DNA from: Chiloscyllium plagiosum
Lineage: Eukaryota
NCBI RefSeq assembly: GCF_004010195.1
Contig: NC_057718.1
Span: forward strand, 55,274,196 to 55,338,195
DNA length: 64,000 nt
Direction of reading: 5' to 3'
Part shown: in pieces, positions 1 to 11,689 of the stretch
How the letters are laid out: each line of letters opens with the position of its first letter
Numbering within the stretch: the first letter of the stretch is position 1
Position numbers and translations under genes: made by a program
Notes under the pieces: model-generated
What the model was told of the DNA's origin: nothing
The model's database searches: none
The model's input: the letters and a program-made list of their open reading frames with translations, nothing else

Positions 1-149
1 TTCCTACCATCCACCCTATAAAATCCCCTCAGAATCTTATATTTTAATCTGATCACCTATCATTCTTTTAAAATCCAACTGGTATATGGTAAATCCAATC
101 TGATAATCTCTCATTAGAAAATAATCCTTTCATTCCAGGACCCTTTGTA

Positions 150-468
150 TCCCTAGTGTGGAGGCAGGCCATTCAGCCCAAAAAGTCCACACTGACCCTC
201 TGAAGAGCATTCCACTCCCCTAACCTATCCCTGTAACCTTGCATTTCCCATGGCTAATCTACCTAGCCTGTACATCCCTGGGCACTATGGGCAATTTAGC
301 ATGGCCAGTCCACCAAACCATTACATCTTTAGATTGTGGGAGGAAACTGGAGCACCGGAAGGAAACCCATGCAGAATGTGAAAATGCCACACAGACAGTT
401 GCCCAAGGCTGGAATCAAACCCAGGTTCCTGGCTTTATGAAGCTACAGTGCTAACCACTGAGCCACCA
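150..468 (-). mobile_element. tRNA-derived SINE (HE1/V-SINE-like)
   Basis: Reverse complement begins ggtggctcagtggttagcactg (A box), has a ggtttgattcc B box and the same body as the 715-1025 copy. Confidence 0.85.
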
Positions 469-713
469 TTAGTTAAGTGAACCTTCACTGAACAGCATCA
501 TTTTCAGTTATTTATTTTCTTAAGCAAGAAGACTAAATCTTTATATGGTACTCCAGATGTGTTCTGACTAAGGCCTGTTACAACTGTGTGATGGTCACTT
601 AGGTCAGCTGGCTGGATGGTTAGTTTGCGAATGCAGAGAAATGTTAACAAAGTGGGTTAAATTCCTGTACCCGCTGAGGTTACCATGAATCTCAACCTTA
701 TCCCTTGCATGAG

Positions 714-1025
714 GGCGGCATGGTGGCACAGTGGTTAGCACTGCTGCCTCACAGCGTCAGAGACCCGGGTTCAATTCCCGACTCAGGCGACTGACTGCGT
801 GGAGTTTGCACATTCTCCCCGTGTCTGCGTGGGTTTCCTCCGGGTGCTCCGGTTTCCTCCCACAGTCCAAAGATGTGCAGGTCAGGTGAATTGGCCATGC
901 TAAATTGCCCGTAGTGTTAGGTAAGGGGTAGATGTAGGGGTATGGGTGGGTTGCGCTTTGGTGGGGCGATGTGGACTTGTTGGGCCGAAGGGCCTGTTTC
1001 CACACTGTAAGTAATCTAATCTAAT
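714..1025 (+). mobile_element. tRNA-derived SINE (HE1/V-SINE-like), young full-length copy nested in an older SINE (about 590-1105)
   Basis: A box tggcacagtgg, B box ggttcaattcc, (ATCTA)n tail; flanked by ATGAG on both sides; near-identical to 31471-31808. Confidence 0.9.
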
Positions 1026-1940
1026 GAGAGTGGCGACCTTCAAGGTAAACCACTACCAGTTGTTTTTAATGAGAAAGCAACCCTATAGGACTGTGGTGAT
1101 TTGCCACAGCACATCTGTACATTTATACTGTATTTCCCTTGTAATAAATACCATCAGAGAGCTGTGGGGGCAGAGTCATTGTATATATTTAAGACTGAGA
1201 TAGATTCTTGCTCATTAGGGGAATTGAGGGTCGTGGGGAAAGGGCAGGCGGGTGGTTATGAGGAATCAGCCAGGATCCTATTAAATAGTGGAGCAGACTC
1301 ATGGGGCTGAACAGCCTATTTCTGTTTCTATTTCTTATGGTCTTATTCCATTTGCCTTCCTAATCGTTCATTGTGCCTGTGTACCAAATTTTGTGATTCT
1401 TTTACTAGGACATCTAATTACTCTGTATGTAACACTTGCAATCTCTCTCCATTAAAATATAATACAGTTTTTTTTATTCCTGCTACTTGAACAAATGTGT
1501 TGTACAAGAGACAGCCTAATCACAAATAATAATTTAAATTTTATGACATTGGATACTTAGCAAATGTTATTCAGTGTGGCCTTTCTCCTTTTATTGAACA
1601 GTTTAAAAAAACTTAATTAATTTAGCAATTTAAAATTGTTTTCTGTGGTATTTAGTTTCTCATTTGTGATACTTTAGGCAAAATATTTTGTCATTGGGAA
1701 ATTTATTCCATTCTTTTGCTGCATTGTATTGATGCACCTTTCTTATAGACCAGTTTACTTGTGCTGTCTATGACAGTTCTATTTACGTGCTGATCTGCCT
1801 TTGAGCAAGACAGAAATTTAAGATCTGCAATTTCAGATGTGCATTTACAACTTATGATCCTTTGTGTTCTGAAGTGCTGTTCTGATGTGTTTTCAGAATA
1901 TTTTATGAAAGGCAGCTCATGACGAGGGACATCTAAGAAG

Positions 1941-2085
1941 ATGACAGCAATAGCAACAGACTACGACAACATTGATATTCAACAGCAATATAGTGATGTC
2001 AACAATCGTTGGGATGTGGAAGAATGGGATAATGAAAACAGCTCTGCCAGACTGTTTGAAAGATCCCGTATCAAAGCTTTAGCAG
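1941..2085 (+). CDS. SPTBN1: Spectrin beta, non-erythrocytic 1: first coding exon of the long isoform (48 codons + 1 nt, phase-1 donor); whole exon 1897-2085
   Basis: Translation [48 protein letters not shown] closely matches the recalled vertebrate beta-II spectrin N-terminus ([49 protein letters not shown]). Acceptor tgtgttttcAG ends at 1896; donor CAG|GTATGT at 2085/2086; ATG context aagATGA. Confidence 0.96.
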
Positions 2086-5000
2086 GTATGTTTCATCAAT
2101 GCAAGACCCTTTTTAGTCGGGTCAAACTTACAATATAAAGAGAAGTGTACTTGTTATTTATTTTACAATGTAAGTTTGCCAGTTTGGTTGTTTTCTCATT
2201 TCTGGAAGACCATTTGTTATTCATATGGCATACAGTAATCCGGTTCTTACTGAAGCTTCTGTTTATTATTTGGAAGAGAATGAATGCTTGAATGTTATTC
2301 ACCTGCAGAGGACATCAGTCTTGTATTAGTGGTTTGTACACAAACCCAGCTTTCAGCCTGACCTCTTGCATAGTAATTAGGATTAGAAGTCCTCGTCTTT
2401 TTCACAAATATATTTTTCCTCCAGGTTCCCTTCCCTTCCCATGTAATGTGTGCTATTAATTATCTTGGAAACTGTGTAATGCCATTCTACTGTAAAGAGA
2501 GTATTTGTAACATATTTCTCATTACTATTGTGAAATTTATTTTAACTGAGTGAATGTCTTTGATTTTAATGTACAATAGTGAAAGGGACAATCACTTAGT
2601 AGTATAATGGCTGCAAGTGTGTTTTTGATTCTGAAGTGTTTACAAATTTGATGGAATAAATATTCACAATTTTTCTGCTGATCAGCTGCTTTTAAGATAG
2701 CACAATGCATCTTTAACAATACCATTCCTAATCAAATGATTGTTTACTTCTTGCATTCCTACCACAATCCCTTAACAGATACCTCATTTAGACTGCCACA
2801 AACTGGAGTGATCCAGTCAATAATGGGCAATATAAATAATGAGGCAAATGAAGTGGGATACTGACAAGGCACATTAGCACTCTATGAATTCTGTAAGTAT
2901 AGTTATGCCCTGAAGTAGGCTGCAGTCTTAAATATTAATTAGTAGACCTGTAAATGAACCAGCATCACAAACTTACAATATATTGTTTGATTCAGCCTTC
3001 CTAAAATAATACATTTGCAGAGCTCTGACGTTCAAGGCTCCACTGATGTTCAACTGGCTAGATGATGTGCACATGATGACGAGAAGCGTGTTAAGATCTT
3101 CACAAATAGGCATTAAAAAAATTGTTAACCAGGGAGAACGCAGTTTGTGATGTCTAATGAACAGGTCAAAGAAGAGTGATTTTGGGGAATTTTAAAAAGT
3201 CATATGAGGCAGCTAAGGACATTTTTCTTTTTCTAGTTCACTCTCTTTAATTTCTAATTTCTTTTCTATTGCTTGTTCTCTCCTTTTCTTCCCTTTATGT
3301 GCACCATTCCTCAGAAGAGAAGCTGTCTGTCCCTCACAACAGTGTTATTTTTCCTTCCCAGATACAACTGTGAAAATACTCTGCTTTCATCACCACAAAT
3401 CTGAAATATTAAAATTTATTTCACATATATTGAAAATAATTGAGAAAATATTTGTGGGAGGTGTTCAAAATTAACCAAACTAGTTAATACTCTTAAAGGG
3501 CTGGAGACCTACTTCCCAACAAAAAGACAACCATGCAAAATTAAAGTGGTAAGTGTTGTGATATTATATTTATTTGTGACCAAGCAAGCATTCACTTTTA
3601 AAAGGTGATTTGATGAGATCAGTATGACATCATGCCTTATGATAATCTTGTATGAAGGCATCAATTCCACTTTGAATAGCTACTGCTGTACTTTCAAGAA
3701 GAGATGCAAAATGAGAGCAAGCTGTGCAAGACTGCATTTTATTTCCTACCTTTGGCACATTTGGTGGCATCTTAACTCCTATTTAAGTCAAAGAGATTGT
3801 AATTCACCATCAACGATAACCACAAATTTGCTGCACTGTACCCAGTTTCAACTATTTCTCTCCCTGCGCACCAAGAATCTAAATAAATGTAGCCACAGCT
3901 GTAAAGTAAAGAAATGCAAAGCATTTTAGCTTGTGATAGTCCAGCAACAATTCTGCAGCAATTTCTGCAAATACAGTAAAGGTGCAGCAAGTGTTTAACT
4001 TACAAGTTACACTAGTGAACAAATTGTCAATATATATCGTCACAGAAATAGACAGCTGAACCAAATCAGCCTTTCTACCTCTGTATCTGCAGCACAGTAA
4101 AATCAAACCATCGAAGACCCCAGGTGGTCACTCTGGTAGTTCCTAACCAGATTTGTGAATAATCAGTCCCAGACTTTGCAAATGATTAATTTCCTGACAC
4201 TGTTTTTGTATCTACAATAAAAGACTTAATTATTTATTAAATACGCAATTTTAGCAGAGAAAATTAAACAACACAGTAAGCTGATTAATGTCTGTGCTTT
4301 ATCCCAAACATTTGTCTTTAGCTTCCATTTGCACAAAAGACACACAGTCAAACAAACATAGTCAAGAAATAAATAAAAGAAAATATCAAAACTGGCCAGA
4401 TTACTTAAATGGATTTCATAATGCGTTGTTATGAAGGCATGAACATGGACTCGTTGGCTGCTGTTTTTGAAACATTGATCAAGATCACCTCCTCAGTTCA
4501 CCCAAGTAAAGGCAGCAAAACTTCTAATTCAAATTTCTACTGTTTGAATTCTGGAGACTGCTGTGTCAGATTAGGCAGGAAGCATTCAAATATTCATGCT
4601 GTCTCAGCAGCAGCCCAGAACCATCTCAGAAAATATAGTTCAAATGAACAACTTTAATTCTAGTTCTGCTCTGCTAGACTTTTCTTGAGGCCTCAATTAC
4701 CATTCAGCAATTGCCACCTGCTTGAACATAGGGTCTCTTCTAGTCATGCTGCAATCAATTCCCAAGTACAGGCCTCATTAATAGCCAACTTCTGCTAACT
4801 GTTGAAACGTCCTGGGTCTCCCCATTAGTTAGAACTTTTTTGATCAAGACTCACCCTGCAATTTGCCTCTAGGCCTGGCCTCTCAAACAAAGCTTTTTTG
4901 GTTTGTTCTTTTGTGTTTCAAATGCATTTATCCCAGATAGTACTGTAGAAAGAACTACCACAAAGTTTCTGTGGAAGCTATGTCCCATCTTTATGTTGAG

Positions 5001-7139
5001 GAAACCCTCCACCATGTTGTATTGCAATGCCATCATGCTGAATGGAATAGATCTCAAACATACGTAGCACCTCAAACCTGGGCAGCCATCAGCAGCAGAA
5101 TTGTATTCAACCACAATCCACAACGTCATGGACTCATATGCAACTACTCCACAATTACCGTGAAGCATTTGAAACAGCAGAAACAGCTCACAATAGACAG
5201 AGCTAAGTAATCCCATAACCCATGGATCAGTTGAAAGCTCTGAAGTCCTGCCACGTTCAATTGTAAATGGTTGTAGCCAGTTAAACAAGTAACAACAGGA
5301 GGAGGCTTCCATAAATGCACTCAAGCTGTCTGATGAGTCAGCTCAACATATCAATTTCCAAATAAAGGCTAAAGTACAAACAAAGTTCTGGAGACGCTCA
5401 GCAGATCTGTCAGCATTTGTGGAGGGAGGAACACCGATAACATTTGAGTCCAAAATGATTGTTCTTCAGAACTACTAGGTGGGAAGAACTAGGTTGGAGT
5501 GAAAATCCCTTCTTGACCCCACCTGATGATATCTTATATGGGAAAGGTTGAGGACTGCCAATTAACGGCCACTTAAAGGCCTCATTTTGCTGTCCTTGTG
5601 GCAGGAACCCAATTGGACTTCTCGACCTGTATCTTTTGTCTAATGCAACATCCTCCCAACAACAAGAACTTCTTTTGTTGAAAGTAATTCTGCGCTCCAG
5701 AATTACTCCATTGCTTCTTAATCAGAAGTCTTCACTGCTACTTATTATTGAAACATGTATCTGTTATATATTCAAATGCTCAGCTCGCTCTTAATATCAC
5801 ATAGAATTATTAAAATTGGCTGAAGGTTTGCATCTGTCAGGAGGATGCCAAGATATAGCATCCATTCAAAGCTTTTGGCTCATGCTTCTGCCTTGAGCAA
5901 TTTAAAAAAAAGTTGTCTGATTAAAGACACTTCACATTATTATTTTTGTAAGATTCTACATGATGAGCTACTACACAAAACAATTACTTTCGGTGTTCAC
6001 CTCAGTGATCCATCATATATTTAGGAAGGAGCTAAAAAAAATTGCTAACTGAATAATCTAATTGTTCTTGAAATATGCAAGAGGAGACAGATGGTAATGA
6101 GTTTGTATAGAAGTAGATAACACAGGAATATAGTTCTTAGAAAGTATTTTTATTTCTCACCATCATTTATGAACATTTTATTTTGAACAATGTGTGCCTG
6201 TAATCTTGACTATTGTTACAATAGTGAACAAATTGGAAATGCAAGTGAAAATATTCAATGTTCTGTTTGCAGCCACTTCCGCTTTAAATGTTTAAAAAGT
6301 GTCCAATTGCACAGTGGAAGCAGATGGCAGATTATTTGTTGAAAACAATCTTGGAATTACATTAACTTAGTCTAAGGTTGATAGCACCACTAAATTACTG
6401 ACTTAAGGTAGGTATTGATATACCTGCAAGTTTCAAAGTAGTGTGAGAGATGGACTCAGAAAAACCTCTGGAGTTTTTGGAAATTGTAATTGCCTCGAAG
6501 TTTAGTCATGCAGCAACCATTGTTCAGATACAAACTGTGGTCTTCAGCTTTGAAAATGAAAGGAGAAGCATTTACTTCAGTGGAAAATGTGCTATTCATC
6601 TTAAATTACAAGTAAGAGTAGGAATAGGCCATTCGGACCCTGAAATCTGTTCTATTATTCTGAAAGATCACAGTTGATTTCTTTTCACCTCAGCCATACC
6701 CTCACACACTATCCCCAACCACATTCCTTGATCTCATAGAATCCAGAAGCCTTTTGGTCTCTGAATTGAATATACTTATACTGAGCATTTACATCTTTAA
6801 AGTTTGAAAATTCCAAGATTCCACTATCCTTTCAATGAGAATGTGTCTCCTTAATGCAGTAATAAATGGCAACCTTGTTCTGAGACTGGCCATTCGTTCT
6901 AGAATCTTAAACCAGGGTAGTCACCCTCAATGTTTATTTCAAGAAAATCCACTCTCCATACTTCAAAACTAGGGAGTATATAGTTTAGTCCATACAAATC
7001 TGTTCTCATTGCACAATCTCTTCATTCTAAGGCTGATATATTGTTCCATAGGTAATTTAAACCAATATTCTATATTTGTACACGCCAAAGATATCAGATA
7101 AGCAAATTGCTAATAGGAATAAGAATCTTGTAATAATCT

Positions 7140-10100
7140 CTATCACAAGGGGCAATATATTTGACAAAGTGTTGGGACTAAAAGTTTGTATCCAATTTTG
7201 AATAGGAAGTAGCTGCAGAGATAATGGAGGCATTAGCTGAAGTATTCCAGAACTTATTACATTCCAGGAGGGTTCCAGCAGATTGGAAAACCATTAATAT
7301 GATACCCCTATTCAAGAAGTGAGGGAGACAGAAAGCAGGAAATTATGGGCCAGTTAGCCTAATGTCTGTCATTGGAAAATGCTATTGTCCATTATTAAAG
7401 AAAATAGCAGAACATCTGGAAAAGGATAATGCAATCAAGCAGAGTCAACATGGCCTTATGAAGCAGAAGTAGTGTTTGACTAATTTGACGATATACCAGA
7501 CAGAATTGATAAAGGGAAACCCATCCATCAGGTGTATTTGAATTTGCAGAAGGTATTTGATAAGTTGCCACAAATATTTATTGCACAAAAATAGGAATTC
7601 ACGGTATTGGAGGTAATACATTAACATGGATTGAGGATTGGTTAACACAGACAAAACAGATTAATGGATCTTAATGGATTTAATGTATCTTTCAGGTTAG
7701 AAAGAAGAAAATAATGGAGTGCCACAAGGATCTGTCCTAGGGCTTCAAATATTTATGATCTGTATTCATGAAGAAGGAGACAGAGTGTAATGTTACCTAT
7801 ATTTGCTGATGATACAAAAATAGATGCAAGGACATGTTGTTATGAATCCATAAGGAATTTGAAAGGGATATCAGAAATTGAATGTGCTAATGGAGTTTAA
7901 TTGGCAGATGGAGTTTAATGTCACAAAATGTGAGGTCATGCACTTTGGTGTAAAAGATCAAAACAGAGACTATTATTTAAATGGAGAGTGATTCCAAACG
8001 ATTGCAATGTAGAGGGAAACACACAAGGTTGTCATGCAGGTACAGCAAATGATTAAGAAGGTAAATGGAACTTTGGCATTTATTGCTGGGAGTTTGGAGG
8101 GAAATCGTGTTACAACTGTACAACTATCCCCATGTTTGTGAACAGATGTACTTGCATTGGAGAAAATTGAAAACAGATTCACTAGGCTGATTCCTGGGAT
8201 GATGGAGTTGATTTATCGAGAATGACTAAACAGGTTGGGTCTTTATTCATTGGAGTTTAGAAGAATGAGGGATGATCTTATTGAAATAAGAAGTATTCTA
8301 AGGGGGTGTGAAGGGTAGATGTTGAGAGATATTTCTATTAGTGGGAGAATCTCAAACTAGGGGACATTGATATGAATAAGAGGACACTCATTTAAAACTG
8401 ACACAAAGGGCATTATTTTGAGGGTATTGAAATATCTGGAGAGTTGAGGCTAGATTACTGAAAATATTTTAAGAGGAAAGATTTTTTGAAAAATTAGCGA
8501 GTTTAGGCAATGAGGAGCTGAGACAAAAGCAGAGTTGAAACCTGTGGCAAATTAACAGTACTGTTATGGAATGGCAAGGCAGGCTTCAGGGGCTGAACGG
8601 CCTGCTCCTAATTCTGTTTATATTAAGAAATAGGTTCTTATGATTTTGGTTCAGGAGATTAGGATGTAGAATCTGTATTGGAGGAAATAAAGAATTGTAG
8701 GGAAAAGAAGTCATTCATGGAAGTGATCTACACCTGCCAATCAGTAACCATGATGTTGGAAGTAGAATATAAGAAGAAATATTAGGTGTTTGTGTTAAAG
8801 GGATTGCAATAATTATTGGTGATTTTAAATTCTAGACAAAGTGAAAAAAACAGATTTGTATTAGTAACCTAAGTGAGGAGTTCATAGGATGTCTTTGAGA
8901 TATCTCTTAGAGCAGCATGTTCTGGAACTGGCCAGAGAGCAATCTTTACGAGGCTTGGTATTGTGTAACATGGCAGGACTAATTCATGACCTCAGAATAA
9001 AGGCAACTCTCGATTGCAGCAACCATAATATGATAGAATTCTACATTGAGTTTGAATGGGCAAAGAGTGGATATGATACTATATTTTAAACTTAAAGGCA
9101 ACTATGTGGCGCAAAACCTGACCTAGCTGAAGTGAGTTGCGGTACTAAGCTATGAGATAGCTTAGTACCCCAATTCACTTCAGCTAGCTCAGGTTTTGCT
9201 ATGAGATGGCTTAGTAAAGAAGCAGTGACAGACATTTAAGGGATATTTCAGAATAAGTGTATTCCTACTCTTAAAAAAATTCCCAAGAGATGATCCTCAA
9301 TCCATGTTAACTAAATAAATGATGGAGAACATCAAACATAACGAAAAAGCATATGATTGCACAAAGGTCAGATGAGTGGACAGAATACAAAGAATAGCCA
9401 AAAAAATGGCTTTAAGGTTATCAGGACAAATAAATTAGATCATATGGGGATGAAATGTAAAACAGCAAGAATTTCTATAGGTATCCACAAAAGGGAAGAG
9501 CAAGTAAAATGAGTTGGCCATTTTAGAAGATGAAAATGGGAGTTGCCACATCTCATGAATGAATTAAAAAGCTAATAGATAATAAAGATTTGTAAGAAAT
9601 AAATATTTTGCTCCATCTTCTGTAACAAGGTACCCAAAAAGTCCAATAAGATACTTGTATGTCAGGAGTTTAAAGAAAGAGATTAACTTGATGAAATTAA
9701 AATCTCTAAGGAAGTGGTCTTCAGCAAAATGATGGAACTGTGGGTTAATAAGTCTCCAGGACCTGATGGACCTCGTCTTAAGGTGTGAGAAGAAGTAGCT
9801 AATGAAGTAGTAGATGCATTGGTGTTAATTTTCTAAAATTCCCTGTATTCAGGAACCTTCCATTAGATTGAAAAGTAGCAAATATAACTCCTTATAACAG
9901 GTAAGTGGAGGGTCAGTTAGTTTTGAGGAAGCAGAGAGATTGGAGAAGGCCATGGATGGGCTAGGAGAGTGGGCAAAGAATGGCAGATGGAATACAGCGT
10001 GGGAAAGTGTGAGGGAAGACTTTGGAAGTTTGAAGAACAAAGAAATGTACATGTCCTAGTTAAAGTTTCTCCAAAGGTTAACATGCAGGTTCAGTTGGCA

Positions 10101-10350
10101 GTTAGGAAGACAAATGCATTCATTCGAAGAAGTTTAGAATAGAAGAGCAGAGATGTATTGCTGAGGCTGTATAATTCTCTGGTAAAACCACATTTGGAAC
10201 GTTGTTAGCTGTTTTAAGACCGATATCAAAGGAAGGATACACTAGCATTGAAGCGGTCTGGAGGAGGTTTGCAAGATCTATTTATTCCTATTATTTTCTG
10301 GAATGGCAAGGCAGGCTTCAGGGGCTGAAAGGCCTCTTAATTCTGTTTAG
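7140..10350 (+). mobile_element. Two consecutive decayed CR1-type LINE remnants (about 7140-8630 and 8640-10350)
   Basis: Broken RT motifs (GVPQGSVLG at about 7717, FADDTK at about 7802, QMEFN); endonuclease remnant SNHNMIEF; CR1-type 3' ends ggggctgaa(c)ggcct at about 8590 and 10320. Confidence 0.8.
9111..9199. repeat. Near-perfect hairpin, 43-bp arms, 3-nt loop
   Basis: 9111-9153 is the reverse complement of 9157-9199 with 3 mismatches. Confidence 0.95.
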
Positions 10351-11689
10351 TACTTCATTTTTTTCTCTTCAGCCTTGGCAGACAGTGAGTTGGAGTGGGT
10401 TTTTTTTAAACTTTCCGAGTATAATCAGACTTTTTACATTCTCTGTTATGCAAATCTTCCTCTATTTATGTCTTCCTTTAAATCTCAAACTCAGCCATTT
10501 TGTTGCAGTAAATAGCTGTTGCAGGCCCAGAATCTTTCAAACTATTAGTGTACAACTTTAGCTAGATTGGTACTCATTCTCAATCTCAGTGAAACTGATT
10601 TCACTGATGCATGACAATTAGCCCCATCATAAATCAGTCCTCTCATTTCTATATATTAAATTATACAAATGAGCATCAACCCAAGTGATTTAAAATATTG
10701 ACAAAGTCTGGCATAAGTCTGTCAATCAGCATTAATGGGTGCACTCACCTCCACCAATCAGTGTCCACCAATAAGCATTTTCCTCTAATGCAATATAAAT
10801 GTTAGTTTTGGGGAAAAAATAAGCACTACCGCAGTTGGGTGGTAGTGTGGGGGTAAAAAGGGGAAAAAAAACAAGAGGGTCAGAAGTTCTAACAAAAATA
10901 TAAAAAATAAATGTTAGTTTTCTTCTTGTGAATTGTGCTGATGAGTGCACGACGAAGAGCTTTGACAAAATGCATATTGTTTTTAGCAATACTCAAGAAT
11001 TGTATTTTGTTCCGAATCAAAGGTTTTTTTTCTTGTGAGGAGAAAGTGCTAAGGTATTCCAATTATTGATCAGTGAGAAAAGTGTTCTTGCTCAAAAGTT
11101 TAAAACTTGTTTGCTGTTAGGTGCACTCAGCATTATCTAAATCTAGAAGATTTTCTTCCTATTGTGATGACCAAATAATATTACTTCAATGCCCTTCCTT
11201 GTATAGGAAATATTTTATACTATTCTATTAAATATGTTCTTACCGGAAGCTTTACATAAGCAGCTTTATCAGATCAAATCAAATAAAAAAATAAAAGTTC
11301 TGCAAAATTTTGGCAACTGTGCCATAAAACACGTGAGTTGTTGAAATTCTTACATGGTGATATAATTTGGCAAATAGGTAGGCAATTCTAGATTATTACT
11401 TTGAGTAGTGAATGAGATGTTGGCCATGTTGTTCCATGGTGTTTCCAACTGTTATTATGGAAAATATGAAATGATAAGTTCATTTACAAAAGTTGATACT
11501 GCGTCAACATTTCAAGATTTTATGCCGACACTTCATTTTCGCTCAAAGACATTGGAATGTTTCCTAAAAATACTTATTACTGGGCATGTTTGTGTATGCA
11601 TAAAACCAGTACAGGCATCATCTTGCATCATCAAAGCATGTGTTTCTTGGAATAGTGTAGATTTCTATAAAGGCATCCATGCCTATCTT

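Noticed and set aside
714..790. tRNA gene (also at the other A/B-box heads)
   Set aside because: A/B boxes continue directly into SINE body and tail; no complete cloverleaf.
2086..2138. ORF-track extension [17 protein letters not shown] after the SPTBN1 exon
   Set aside because: Read-through into the intron past the GT donor at 2086; similarity to spectrin ends at IKALA.
4869..5324. 151-aa minus-strand ORF and other 60-170 aa ORFs in unique AT-rich sequence (e.g. 3624-3929, 47873-48379)
   Set aside because: No recognisable domain, splice pattern or coding-like composition; 47873-48379 partly overlaps a fold-back repeat.
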